A DNA stretch of 64,000 nucleotides from Octopus sinensis. Its lineage: Eukaryota. Position 1 is the stretch's first letter. Every line of letters begins with the position of its first letter. Below the pieces are notes generated by a model. That model was given only the letters and a program-made list of their open reading frames with translations, was not told the DNA's origin and made no database searches. Positions 1 to 12,823 of the stretch are shown here, one piece after another. The position numbers and the translations under genes were made by a program. The stretch covers positions 169,012,001 to 169,076,000 of the forward strand of contig NC_042998.1 in assembly GCF_006345805.1 (NCBI RefSeq). The letters run 5' to 3'.

Positions 1-525
1 TATATTTTATAATATCTACGATGACACGTTGTATTATATATTGATATTGTCTTATTTATGAATGCAACGTGTCTTTATTATTTCATATTACTTTACTTTT
101 ACATTTTTCTTATTTTCTCTGACATTGAATTAGTATTATTTGATTTGGGTTTCAATTTTCAATTTTTATTCTCAATCTCAATCTTTTACTGTTTCTACCA
201 ATCTTTCTTACGTATTTTCATAATCTTTTCTTGGTGTTCTTATTTGTGAATGGATCAATATAAGTATCTTTGGTTATGTTTTTTCTAACATCCTGAATTT
301 GAATTTATCTTATTATTTTAATTATAGTTATGTTAAGTATTTTCTAACAGTCCATGTTGCTTGGCAATTTCCTATTCAGTTGCTTTCTTTCATTTGGTAT
401 GCAATTGTTTATAACTAGACACTTAGATTATTTAATCTATAAGTTAGTTTCACCATATTATTTTGTCATTCTGTGCCCTAATTTTCTATGTCCTTTCTAT
501 TAAATTTTATATATGTACATACATA

Positions 526-1232
526 GGAATGGTTGTGTGTTTGAGAAGCTTGCTTTCCAATCGCATATTTCCGAGTTCAGTCCCACTGTGTGGTACCTTG
601 TGCAAGTATCATCTACAATAGCTTCGAGCCGACCAAGAGATTGTGAGTGGACTCGTAGACAAAAACTGAAAGAAGCCGGTCATCTATATCTGCGCGCGCA
701 ATGCGTGTGCGTGTGTTTGTGTCTGTGATTGTCCCGCCATCACCGCTTGACAACCGGTGCTGGTGTGTTTACTTCCCCGTAACCTAGCGTTCGGCAAAAA
801 TAACCGATAGAATAGGTAACAACCGACCCTCCCCAAAAGTACGATTATGTGAACATTGTTCGAAAATAATTGCTGGAAAACAATTATTCGAAAACAATTT
901 TTCGAAAAACATTTATTCGTTTGGAAAATTGTATGAATGAAGATTATTCAAAAGGACAATTATACGAAATGTTAATTATTCTAATTTTTTTATTTTATTT
1001 AAACAAAAGGGATAAAGTTGAAAATCAAGTACATAAATGATATTTATTTCGAATAACTGTTTTTCGAATAATTGTTTTCGAATAATTGTTTTCAAACAAT
1101 TGTTCTCGAGCAATTTTCCTGATACGAAAAGTAGTGGTCGGATCGTTTCTCTTGACTGAAAAGTTCTTCAAGGCCGTGCCCCAGAATGACCGCGGTCTAA
1201 TGACTGAATCAAGTAAAAGATAAAAGATATAT
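526..1232 (+). mobile_element. tRNA-derived SINE (family B here), interrupted by a MITE at 821-1142
   Basis: Head GGTTGTGTGTTTGAGAAGCTTGCTTTCC...GAGTTCAGTCCCAC; tail ...AATGACTGAATCAAGTAAAAG resumes after 1143; related pieces at 7047, 17225, 22270, 27568, 52070, 60590. Confidence 0.8.
821..1142. mobile_element. MITE with ~95 bp imperfect terminal inverted repeats containing tandem subrepeats
   Basis: 821-919 is the reverse complement of 1050-1142; both arms contain AAAACAATTATTCG-like 14-bp repeats. Confidence 0.7.
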
Positions 1233-1806
1233 ATGCGTCTGCATATGAATATATGGAAAACTTGTTTCTTTTTATTAAAGGTGTTTTGCATTATAGAAGT
1301 GCTTCTTGTGGGGATTTCTTTGGAATTAATCCTCGCTAATAAGATGAATGAACCTGCCTTGATGTATCCTTGGGCTCACTTACCCTTATATATAAGTATG
1401 GATTAACATAATGATTTCTATTTTTGTGCCTTGACTTCTAAACGGTGTGATGTTATATTTATTGTTACATTTGTGAGTCTCTGGAATTATTTATATCTTC
1501 GGAAGTAGTAGCTTTATAACTTATATACAAACCTTATAAATGCATATTAAATTGTCTGTTTAAATTAGTTATATATGTATGCGCATGGTAGTTTATATGT
1601 ATCTTTTAATTCTGTTTTCGTTATTACTGCATGTATAAAGTGATGGTTTGTTGCCAACTAAATGTCGTAATCCTAGGAAAAGAAAGAATGCTACTGCTAT
1701 CTAGCCCCAGGAAACACCGTTTCCAGTTGGCCATGTGACACAAGAGTACTGTGTCCTTATGTTTTCAAACAGGGGAGATAAGCAACTCCATCCAGCAAAG
1801 CCAATA

Positions 1807-1849
1807 TCTAGAGTCTAGTTTCAGAGTTATTGCTCTTCATCAGTCTGGA
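1807..1849 (-). ncRNA. Degenerate type I hammerhead ribozyme
   Basis: Minus strand: TCCAGA-CTGATGA-AGAG(caataa)CTCT-GAAAC-TA-GAC-TCTAGA; GUC triplet mutated to GAC, one stem I mismatch. Confidence 0.6.
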
Positions 1850-1907
1850 GTAGCTTGGCTTGCTAGCTGTCGATGCTTATTCACCTTGAAAACATATTTA
1901 TGTATGC

Positions 1908-1909
1908 AG

Positions 1910-1978
<69 letters not shown>

Positions 1979-2003
1979 GTGTGTGTGTTTTCATCAGATC
2001 TCG

Positions 2004-2040
<37 letters not shown>
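1908..2040. repeat. (TA)n microsatellite
   Basis: Direct reading. Confidence 0.95.
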
Positions 2041-2041
<1 letters not shown>

Positions 2042-2044
2042 CTA

Positions 2045-2875
2045 GGTATGATCAATAAGTATCCGGACAATTGCTATAGTAACGAAGCTAAACCACGCAA
2101 AGTAAAGTAGCTTGTCACAGATTGACTTTGAACTCATCTGTGCATGCACGCGAAGTTTTAACGTTCACTTCTGCTGTTTACAGCAGTACTTGGAAGGAAC
2201 GTCTGTAGCGTGTGATCGTTGCATTGTCCATGACAGGGAAAGTCATGGTGATATCTACCCAGAGGCCTATGCAAAGTTGCAGAAAGTGTATGGAGAAGAG
2301 GTTATGAGTCGCACACAAGTATACGAGTAGTTCAGACGTTTCCAAGATGGCCGTAAAAAGTCGATATTGACGAACGTTCTGAGAGACCCGCAACCAGCAG
2401 AACTGAGAAAAACATCGCAGAAGTGCGTGCAGCTGAGAGGGGAAATCGTCGAATCCTCAGAGGATGTGCAGATTAGTTAGAGTTCAGTCTAGAGTTCAGT
2501 ATAAGACGCGTATCTGCCAAGCTTGTGCCAAAATTGCTTTCAGCTGACCAAAAACACGCTCGGGTTTCAGTTGCTCAAGATCTCCTTGATGAAGACTTTT
2601 AGAAAAGTAGCCTCTGAGCAGGTATCGCCAGGCTTTTGGCAAAATTTAATGCAGATTGTCTGCTCAACATTCCCTGTCATGGACAATGCGACTATCCCAC
2701 GCTACACACGTTCCTTCCAAACACCACAGTAATCATCGGAAGTGAGCTAGAACGTTAAAACTTAGTTCACATGCACAGCAGAGTTTAAGGTGAATCTGTG
2801 CCAAGCAGCTTTACCCTTCATGCTTTAACTTTGTTACTATGGCAACAGTCCGGATACTTATTGATCAGACCATGA
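2045..2875 (+). mobile_element. Non-autonomous mariner derivative with ~200 bp inverted ends
   Basis: TIR GGT(A/C)TGATCAATAAGTATCCGGAC at both ends; internal fragments YPEAYAKLQKVYGEEVMSRTQVYE*FRRFQDGR and VPKLLSADQK match mariner transposase N-terminus. Confidence 0.85.
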
Positions 2876-3099
2876 CTTTATATATATATCGATATAATAT
2901 TGTCTTATGTCTTCCCGAATAAAAAAAGAGGCTAGACACAATGTATTCACGATAAAGAAGAAGGAATATATTTATTAATTAAGACAGTGAGTTTTCTATG
3001 ACTTGTCCTGTTTCCATCACTTAGGATTCGTCTGAATGTCTACTCTTAGACACATTTTAAGTAAAGGAAATAGTTCTAATGTACTGTAAGTCATTACAT

Positions 3100-3128
3100 A
3101 CATATACATATATATGCATACATGTATG

Positions 3129-3166
<38 letters not shown>

Positions 3167-3277
3167 TATATATATATACATATATATATATATGTATATA
3201 TGTATATATATGTGTGTGTGTATATATATATATATTATATATATATATATATATAATATATATATTATATATATATG

Positions 3278-3311
<34 letters not shown>

Positions 3312-3365
3312 TGTATGTATGTAGTATGTATGTATGCATGTATGTATGTATGTATACACACACAT
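3100..3365. repeat. Compound TA/GATA/GA/TATG microsatellite
   Basis: Direct reading. Confidence 0.95.
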
Positions 3366-4299
3366 TATGCATTATATATTAGTTTACAACTTAGTAAATA
3401 AAACTGTCTTTGTCATGTTGATCTTCTTAGAAATGATTTACTAGTAACGTAATATATTATTCAGTTTCTATAAAACCATTTTTCCTCACAAACACGCGGA
3501 TCATATAAAAATTTGTGTGCGTGTGTGTGCGCGCGTGTGTGTGTCTTTGCCTATGTGCGCAAGCAGTTCCTCGCATGCACACACATGCACACATGCACAT
3601 GTACATAAGAGACAGAGATGGGGGAATACTGTATACGTGAATGTGTGTGTGCGCTTATATATATATATATAAATTCGTTTATATGTATGAGTGAAAGACA
3701 GCTTGAATACTGAGTAGTGAAGAAAACTACCAATCATGTATATATATATAATTGTACATTTGCAGTGGATTGAATTGAAGGACATCATTTCATTTCTCTT
3801 TCCTATTTATTTTTAATAACATGGCTGAAGTAAATCTTTGGCAGAGATCATACCTCTCTAATCTTATGTTATTTTCCTGTTCAATATATTGAATTCTGAC
3901 TTACTTCTTCTCTATACTCTATATTTTACAATTTCTAATAGAAATGGGAACATGCTGTTTCTTGGCAAACTGCATGTCAAGTCAATAGAGAGAGAAAATA
4001 CACACACTTTAATGAATATAAAATTGTGACCAAGAAAAGTTTTCAAAGATTGTCGACAACAATTTGTTAACATTCTGAAAACAATCATGTGGTATTGTTG
4101 TTGCATACATGCTCTGGAAGTTTGCCGACGGAATCCTATCTGATTGATGTATTTGAAGAATAAGCTTGGTTTATAATATGAATTATGGTGTAGTATATAC
4201 TTAGATGTACCACCTTCTAAACACATTCCATATATTCCATAAACATATCTCTAAATGATTTTTCAATCAGTTTTACTTGCAATTTCAACAGTCTAGGTC

Positions 4300-4558
4300 C
4301 CCCTCACTCTCTCTCTCACACACACACACCACACACACACTCTTCCCCTGTCTCTCTTCTCTCTCTCCCCCTCTCTACTTCTCTCTCTTGCTCTTTTTAT
4401 ACCCCCTCTCATTCTCTCTCTTTTTTGTCTCTTTCTCTCTCTCTCACACACACACACACTCTGTCTCTTTCTCACACATACACACACTCTTCCCCCTGTC
4501 TTTCTTCTTCTCTCTCTCTCACCCTCTCTACTCTCTCGCTCCTTTTATACCCCTCTCA

Positions 4559-4630
<72 letters not shown>
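4300..4630. repeat. (CT)n/(CA)n low-complexity tract
   Basis: Direct reading. Confidence 0.9.
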
Positions 4631-4632
<2 letters not shown>

Positions 4633-5372
4633 GTTCATGTTTTATTTCTATCACTGACGTACGTGCGGCATTTTGAACAGGATTAACCTCAGTAAGTTTT
4701 CCTTGATCTCTTATTCAAGGGAAAACTACAACTAGCGCCACTCCCTTTGCATTAAATCATTTGATAAAAATCATTTAACGCTACTCTCTAATAAAAACTA
4801 TATTTGCATACTTAGAAGAAATACAATATTTTCCAGTTGTTACTTTCAGATGAGCCTTAATTTCGCAGACCTGCAATGAAAGGCGTTACAACTATAAGCA
4901 TCTTTTTTTTTTTTTAATATTTTTGCGACCAGATTTCAGTTTTACAGCGAATCTTTCCTCAAAATTATTATTAAGCTTACACTACTAGTGATCCCTAAAA
5001 AAATGTCATTTTTAGCCTATACATGTGGAGTCTTCTGTAGGAAGACCTATTTTAGGTTCCTAATAGAATTCATTTCAATACATCTAAGCTGGTAAAATTC
5101 CTCATAGTAGCAGTTACGTCACATCTTTTTATATTTCTCGCAAGAAATATGGAAATAGTTTCAAGAATATGTCTGCTTTTTATGTGACGGAAATGGGCGT
5201 GGAAAGATGCTTAAGATATTTGCTTTGAAATCATGTGACTTTGTGAACAAGTGTCTTTTACTGTAATCTTGTGATGGAAACTGGGAACAGAAACTGTGGA
5301 AGTGAACCATTGAGTGGACCTCTCTTCTTCTTGGATGGAAAACATCATCCGTAATGCGATTTAAAGTCTATA

Positions 5373-5587
5373 GAGCGGTGAGTTGGCAGAAATATTTAGC
5401 ACATCGGACAAAATGTTTATCGGCCTTTCGTCTGTTTTTACCTTCTGCATTCAAATTCCGCCGAGGTCGATTTTACTTTTTATTCTTGCGGAATCGATGA
5501 AATAAATACTAGTTAAGCACTGAGATCAATGTAATCGACTAGTCCCCTTCCACCAAATAACTGGCTTTGTTCCTATAATAGAAAGGA
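5373..5587 (+). mobile_element. tRNA-derived SINE (family A here), diverged
   Basis: GGTGAGTTGGCAGAAA...TTCAAATTCCGCCGAGGTCGA matches the many other family A copies in the window. Confidence 0.8.
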
Positions 5588-5954
5588 TTAATTGAAATTT
5601 GAGAGAGGCAATTATGCAACAATATTGCAAACTTGCAATATTGTCAGTGCATTTGCAACAGTGAGTAATCGCTGCAGCGGAAACACGTGTAGGTCATTAT
5701 AATATGCTGCATATAACCTTAAATATATATTTTGTGGATGTACAAATCTTCATACTCTGTATTATTATAAATGTTAATATATACTCCAGGCAATTTTTAC
5801 CGTCCAGCGAAGAGTACACGGAGTTACCCATCAAAAGAATTCGCGGATTGTCTAACAACTAATTGTAGTTACAGACGGTAGATACTGATCGTTGTAGTTA
5901 ACCATTAACTAGAACATCTCTGAGAGCTAATACGGTATCCACTCGAAATATCTC

Positions 5955-6012
<58 letters not shown>

Positions 6013-6057
6013 ATACATGCATGCATACATACATACATACATACATACATACATACA

Positions 6058-6093
<36 letters not shown>

Positions 6094-6095
6094 TA

Positions 6096-6150
<55 letters not shown>
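5955..6150. repeat. Compound CT/TACA/TA microsatellite
   Basis: Direct reading. Confidence 0.95.
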
Positions 6151-6153
<3 letters not shown>

Positions 6154-6165
6154 TATGTGTATATG

Positions 6166-6311
6166 TATAACAAATGATAGAGACGAAAAATAGAATATAG
6201 GAGAAACTTTATTGCTCACAACGATCGTTTCGGCACATCCCGCATCGGCCTCACGCGAGTGCGATACTGTACAGCTGGTGTATTCCATTTCTGTCTCTAT
6301 CATTTGTTATA
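6166..6311 (-). mobile_element. Short TA-flanked relic with inverted ends and a degenerate hammerhead
   Basis: 6166-6197 inverted vs 6281-6311; minus strand CTCGC-GTGA-GGC...GCC-GAAAC-GATC-GTT-GTGAG (core partly deleted). Confidence 0.55.
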
Positions 6312-6455
6312 TACTCAACGAGCGCTGAGCGATAATTGCATTAACAATATATATATATATATATTGAGGTTATAAGAGGTAATGGTGTCATTGAAACCCA
6401 AAGGTGTCAGGTAATGCTGAATAAGTGCTATAGACAGACCATTGCTGAATAGCTT

Positions 6456-6559
<104 letters not shown>

Positions 6560-6931
6560 TGTGTGTGTGTGATGTAGCTAAGGTAAAATCCAAGCTGCGT
6601 CTTTTTTAGGTATAATTGCTTATTCCAGTATTACAGCCCAGTATGTAAATGCTGTAGTTGTTACATTGACGTAAAATTATGGAAATATCGCTTGCAGGGT
6701 TATTATATAGCAAAACAGGATGTTGGAAAGTTTCGTCGTTGTTGTTGTTTTTTTTCGCATTACTCATTCACCATTTATAATACTGTTTGAAGAATTTCTA
6801 ATAGGCAATTTCTTACATGTTTATCTAAAATGTAAAACTTTGTAATTCTTGTTAGCAAATGAAATGTGTAATGGTGAATAAACAATACCCAAAAATGTTC
6901 CCAGTTCCAGTTTTGTAATATGCGCGTGTAT

Positions 6932-6966
<35 letters not shown>

Positions 6967-7046
6967 GTGTGTGTGTGTGTTAGTGTGTGTGTGTGTGTGT
7001 GTGTGTGTGATTTTCATTAGCTTGCTGCTACTTCTGTAGTATATAT

Positions 7047-7203
7047 ATGGTTGTGTGACAAAGAAGCTTGCTTCCCAGCCACATGGTTTTGGAGTCAGTC
7101 CCACTGCATTGTACCTTGAGCAAGTGTCTTCTACTGTAGCCTTCGAGCAACCAAAGCCTTGTGAGTTGATGTGGTAGACAAAAACTGAAACAAGCCCGTC
7201 GTC
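7047..7203 (+). mobile_element. SINE family B, 5' part
   Basis: Similar to 526-670. Confidence 0.8.
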
Positions 7204-7709
7204 AACTTAATACTTTTGATAACAACCCGCTTGAGGCTGCCTCTTATTCAAAGGTACAATCTTCCTGCTTTTCTCGAAATTTCACGTTAATTTATATTTC
7301 CAACAGTAATTTAATAATGACAAAATTATTTTACTAAATTTGTCATTATTTTCAAAAGTTATTAAATCAGAGGCGGTGGGTTTCAACAGAAATATGGCAA
7401 CAGATGTGTAGAATTGCAACATGTAAACCAAATTTCTATATATCTGTGTCACTTAAAACCACAGAATAGTCAATCACAAGCCTATACTATTAATAATGAA
7501 ACGAAATTAAAACTAGATCAAGGTACATGATGTTTAGCCAAACATGTAATGTACGTTACATTAAAAGTTCATTAATGGAATTTATTTCCAGCTGAAAGTT
7601 TAGATTAATTAGCACAGCCATGACTGATATGAGGATAATTAGCAAAACATTCTAAAGATATAGTCGTCATAAATAGGGAAACTACAACATCCGACAACAG
7701 CAACAACAC

Positions 7710-8157
7710 TTTCTACTATAGGCACGTAGCCTGAAAATTCAGGGGAGGGAGTAAGTCGATTACATCGATCCCAGTGTTCAACTGGTACTTATTTTATCGA
7801 CACCGAAAGTATGAAAGACAAAGTCGACCTCGGCGAAATTGAAACTCAGAACATAGAGACGGATGTAATGCCCCTAAGCATTTTGCCCGGCATACAAACG
7901 ATTCTGCCAGCTGACCGTCTAAATATTAATAATAATAATAATCCTTTCTATTGTAGGCACGAGACCTGAAATTTTGGGGGGAAGAGGTAAATCGATCACA
8001 TTGACCCCAGTACTTGACTGGTACTTAATTTATCGACCCTGAAAGGATGAAAGTTAAAGTCGACCTCGGCGGAATTTGAACTCAGAACGTAAGGACTTGC
8101 GAAATGTCGCTAAGCATTTTGCCCGGCGTGCTAACGATTCTGCCAGCTCGCTGCCTT
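7710..8157 (-). mobile_element. Two adjacent SINE family A copies (7710-7920, 7943-8157)
   Basis: Each contains AAAGTCGACCTCGGCG(G/A)AATT...CTCAGAAC and ends in ...CTGCCAGCT. Confidence 0.85.
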
Positions 8158-8158
8158 C

Positions 8159-8234
<76 letters not shown>

Positions 8235-8268
8235 CAACAACAGCAACAACAAGAAGAAGAAGAAGAAG

Positions 8269-8745
8269 AATGGCGTCACCATCCTTTGGAACTGCTCAAT
8301 ACAAACAGACAGAAAAGTTGACTCCACCCGACCAGACATTGTGATCAAGGACTACAACAGAGGAACTTGTCTGTTAATAGATGTGTCTGTACCACAAGAT
8401 CAAAATGTCTCTAGAAAAGAATACGAAAAGCTTTCTTACTATAAAGATCTGCAAATTGAAATCACAAAAATACCAGTAGTTGTTGGTGCGTTGGGAATGA
8501 TAAAGAAGGGAGCTGAAAAGTATATTAAGTAACTCCCTGGTAATTCCAATCTCCGTGAACTACAAAAGATAACCTTGATGGGTACAGCCCATATACTATG
8601 GAAAGCATTCTCCATCTAAAATGGAATAAACGTGGCAATAATTTTAGCATGCATAACAAAACAAAAGTGCCCTTGCTACTCTTGGCCTCCGGAGGATACC
8701 CGGAACTAAGGAAGCTGAAATAAAGTTACAATGAAAAGAAACCAT
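8269..8745 (+). mobile_element. 5'-truncated R4/Dong-type non-LTR retrotransposon (RLE domain + 3' UTR)
   Basis: GVTILWNCSIQTDRKVDSTRPDIV...LLIDVSVP...EKLSYYKDL...PVVVGALG is a PD-(D/E)xK restriction-like endonuclease motif set; flanked by (AAT)n at 8158-8230 and 8746-8982. Confidence 0.85.
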
Positions 8746-8771
8746 AAATAATAATAATAATAATAATAATA

Positions 8772-8843
<72 letters not shown>

Positions 8844-8848
8844 TAATA

Positions 8849-8901
<53 letters not shown>

Positions 8902-8905
8902 AATG

Positions 8906-8960
<55 letters not shown>

Positions 8961-8982
8961 TGATGATGATGATGATGATAAT

Positions 8983-9532
8983 TACCCTGTTGCAGTACCA
9001 GGCATTGGCTCTCATGGTTCCTGATCTTAATTGATTGGAAGTCTTATCATGTACATTGTTTTGTCTTGGTATAAAAGGTGAGCAACAGCAAATATTCTGC
9101 TTAATACCACAGATTTGTTTGTCAGTTGTTTGACCTTAACCAGTTGAGCATGTCCCTTGGTGTCTGACCATATGTGCATCTCTGATCACGAGCAGAAGTA
9201 GAGTGGAATTATCATGTGTTGAGAGGAAATCTTCGGGGTTTGAATAATTCACCTCTGGAAACAGGTGTGTTTCGTTCAACAACCTTAAACAAACAACCCT
9301 TATTCAAGGACCATTTGAGTTGGATGGGCTACTCGACCTGAAGAAAATTCTAACTGGGCCCCACCTGCAAGGTCTGTATTGTTTATCTTGATGAGGTCAT
9401 CATGTCGCGCACATATGGTTGTGATGCATGTGCCTGGTATACCCTTATCAGACAGGTAGTCATGATGGGTATACTGGGCTTCGTATATTTAACCCCAGTG
9501 TAACTTTGATGACATGCACTGCTCTCTCATTC

Positions 9533-9533
<1 letters not shown>
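8983..9533. mobile_element. Non-coding ~550 bp interspersed element bounded by (AAT)n
   Basis: Complex sequence, no ORF, sharp junctions with AAT/GAT repeat on the left and (AAT)n on the right; resembles a repeat I recall as common in octopus DNA. Confidence 0.55.
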
Positions 9534-9571
<38 letters not shown>

Positions 9572-9572
9572 T

Positions 9573-12408
9573 AAGGGTTACCGACAACGTATGTATGATC
9601 ATTGGATAGAAAAGGAACAGAGACTATGTGGTCAAGCTGGAGCAATAAGAAAAAATTGTGGTTCACAGAAGTAGAGCTCGAAGCTATCAAAAGACGGGTC
9701 ATGGACAATAGCAGCATAGATAAGATTGAAAATACAGTTCTTATTAATAAAAGTAATCTCATAGCACAGGAAAGGAGCAGTGGTAGTTTACTTGATGAGA
9801 GACATATAGATGATCCAAAAGAAGACGATACAAATAATAGCGACACGCAGCTAAGTAAAAGGCACTCTAAGACAGAATAAAGGTAAGACTACAGGAGAAT
9901 GATAGCGATATTATTTGCAACTTTAAAAAGGTTGATCGATGGAAATTGAACCAAGAAACGAAAAATGCCAATGAAATTCTGAAATGCATCAGAACAAACA
10001 ACATCACAGAAGCAAATAATTTGATCAAGGCAGCAAGTATTGTTGTTACAGAAAATGTGGGTGTCGGTGTCAAGAGAAAGAAACACAATAGGAATGACAA
10101 AGGAAAAGATCCATGGTGGAAAAGAAGAATCTAGGCAGGGTAGACGTGATCGTGATGGAAATCTCTGTGTTAGACCGAAAAGAGAAAGGGGAGCTTAAAA
10201 GCGAACAAAAATACAGGGCGCTGTATTAAAGGTTTGGGAGTGACATCTGGAGCAAATGCAAGGAGCGCAAGAAGGATGCTGAATGGTTGTAAGAACTGAA
10301 ACAAACAGTTGTCTGTCCAAAACAGGCAGAACTTATTTCATTTAGGGAAATGAAGGAAATCAGCAAACAAATAAGCAACTGGAAGGTCCCGGGACCAGAT
10401 GTAGTTCAAGGCAACTGGATCAAAAGATTTGGTGAATGTCATGCACGAATAGCTGCGCAAACTCAACACCTTGTTAAATGCCGACCAAGCAATACCAGAG
10501 TGGTTGACATTGGGTAGGACAGCGCTGTGCATGAACAACATCGAAAAAGGCAATACGGTAGACAATTACAGGCCTATATACTGTTTGCCACTTATGTGGA
10601 AGTTACGAACATCGAGAAAAATGGAGTCCTGCCACATGAGCAGAAGGGTTGCAAGCGTAAGTGCAGAGGTACCAAAGATCAACTCCTGGTAGATAAAACT
10701 GTACTCAGAGACTGCAAGAAGAGGAAAAGTAACTTAGCCATGTCATGGATCGACTACGATATGATCCCACATTCTTGGATAACGAAATGTATGAACCTAT
10801 TTGGTATTGTATCGAATGTTGAGCGATTTCTTGAAAAAAGTATGGCAAATTGGAGGACGGACCTGACAGCATACGGAAGAAGTTTAGGGACAGTAGAAAT
10901 TAGGAGGGGCATATTCCAAGGGGACTGCCTGTCCCCACTGATCTTTGTACTGTGCTTGATACCACTGACACTGATTCTGAGGAAAGCAAAAACTGGGTAT
11001 GTATTCAAAAGCCGCCAACAAAAAGTCAACTATTTGTTATTCATGGATGACCTCAAACTTTATGGTAATGATGAAGCCCAAGTCAGTTCCCTCTTTGATA
11101 CGGTATATACTTTCAGTGCTGATATCAGAATGGCGTTTGGACTGAGAATGTGTGGTGTGTTAGTATTGAAGAGAGGCAAAATCAAAATATGGACGGTCTA
11201 ACGATACCGTCATGGGAGTTTATGAAGCAGATAGAAGAGACGGGATATAAGTACTTGGGGATTTGGGAAATGGATAAATTGATGGAGAAAGAAATGACAG
11301 AAAAAATTAAGGTGGAGTTCTTGCGCAGACTGCGACTGATCCTTAAGTCGAAATTAAACAGACGGAATAAGATCGAAGCTATCAACACCTGGGCGGTTTC
11401 ACTCCTTAGATATGGAGCAATGGAGCAGGGGTAATCGCATGGACAGTAGATTAACTAAAGAGCTTAGACAGAAAGACAAGGAAGCTGCTAACTAGATATG
11501 GGTCACTCCACCCAAAAAGTGACACAGACAGATTGTATGTACCAAGAAAAATAGGGGGAAGAGGACTTATTAGATGCGAACACAGTATTAGAGCAGAAGA
11601 AAACAACATAGCATGGTATGGAAAAATGCCACAGAACTACTAATACTAGAAGTATGAAGGTCAGGCTTGTGTAGGATGAAAGATTTCAAAGATAAAGCAC
11701 TATACAAGAAATTGAAAACTAATGAAACTGAAAATAGGTGGGTAAAGAAAAGAATGCATGGTCCAATTTCATAGGGATGTTGAAGATAAGACAGACAGAT
11801 AAAAAAAGATGGCTGTGGGTGACTAAAAGTGATTTAAAACCGGAAAAGGAGGCTCTAATCTGTGTTGTCCAAGAGTAAGCACTAAGAACAAACTACATAA
11901 AATACAGAATAGACAGCACACCAGAAAGTGATAATTGCAGAATCTGTGGACAAAACGGTGAAACCGTATGGCATACTACCAGCCAATGTATGCCACTAGC
12001 CCAGAAGGAATATAATAGACGTCACGACAATATAGCCAGGCTTATCCATTGGAGATTTGCAACAAGTATGCCCTTGACAGAACAAAAACTTGGTACGATC
12101 ACAAACCTGAAGGCATTGACGAAAATAGAAATACAAAGATCGTATAGGATTTTATGATTCAGTGCGACCATGAATAGGAAGCCGGGCATAGAGAAAGAAA
12201 ACAAACTATGCTGGATCATATGCGATAAGAAAGAAAGAAATGTCGAGAGATATGACAGGTTAGCTTGGGAAGTTAAGCAAATGTGTTCGACGAAAAAGGT
12301 AGCAGTAGTAAGAATAATCGTCGGAGCCCTTGGAACAGTGAGAAAAATCTTGAGAAGTACGTGGAACAAATAGGGGCTGCAATAAGGGTGAAGCACTTGA
12401 AGAAAACA
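9573..12408 (+). mobile_element. Degenerate R4/Dong-type non-LTR retrotransposon (RT, CCHC knuckle, RLE)
   Basis: Fragments in order: PWWKRRI; WKVPGPD; [14 protein letters not shown]; EQKGC; [13 protein letters not shown]; FMDDLKLY; YKYLGI; CRICG...H...C; IIVGALG. Many stops/frameshifts; starts at (AAT)n, ends abruptly in (GATA)n. Confidence 0.9.
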
Positions 12409-12438
12409 GATAGATAGATAGATAGATAGATAGATAGT

Positions 12439-12504
<66 letters not shown>

Positions 12505-12610
12505 TGTAGGTAGGTAGGTAGGTAGGTAGGTAGGTAGGTAGGTAGCTAGCTAGGTAGCTAGGTAGATAGGTAGGTAGGTAGTAGGTAGGTAGGTAGGTAG
12601 GTAGGTAGGT
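12409..12610. repeat. (GATA)n grading into (GGTA)n
   Basis: Direct reading. Confidence 0.95.
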
Positions 12611-12728
12611 ACATGTATATGTGTATATATTTTATTATATTATTTAATATCATATTATATCATACATGTATGAGTATATTATATATAAGATAGAGTAAGA
12701 GTCATACAATGTTTAGATACATACCTAC

Positions 12729-12760
12729 TGTAAGGTGAACACAAGGGTGTACGTACGCCG

Positions 12761-12823
<63 letters not shown>

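Noticed and set aside
3905-3969. Minus-strand exon candidate with good acceptor and GTAAGT donor
   Set aside because: Stops in all three frames and no linked exons; cannot support a gene.
5619-5644. 12-bp perfect palindrome ACAATATTGCAA-AC-TTGCAATATTGT
   Set aside because: Isolated and short; no context suggesting function.
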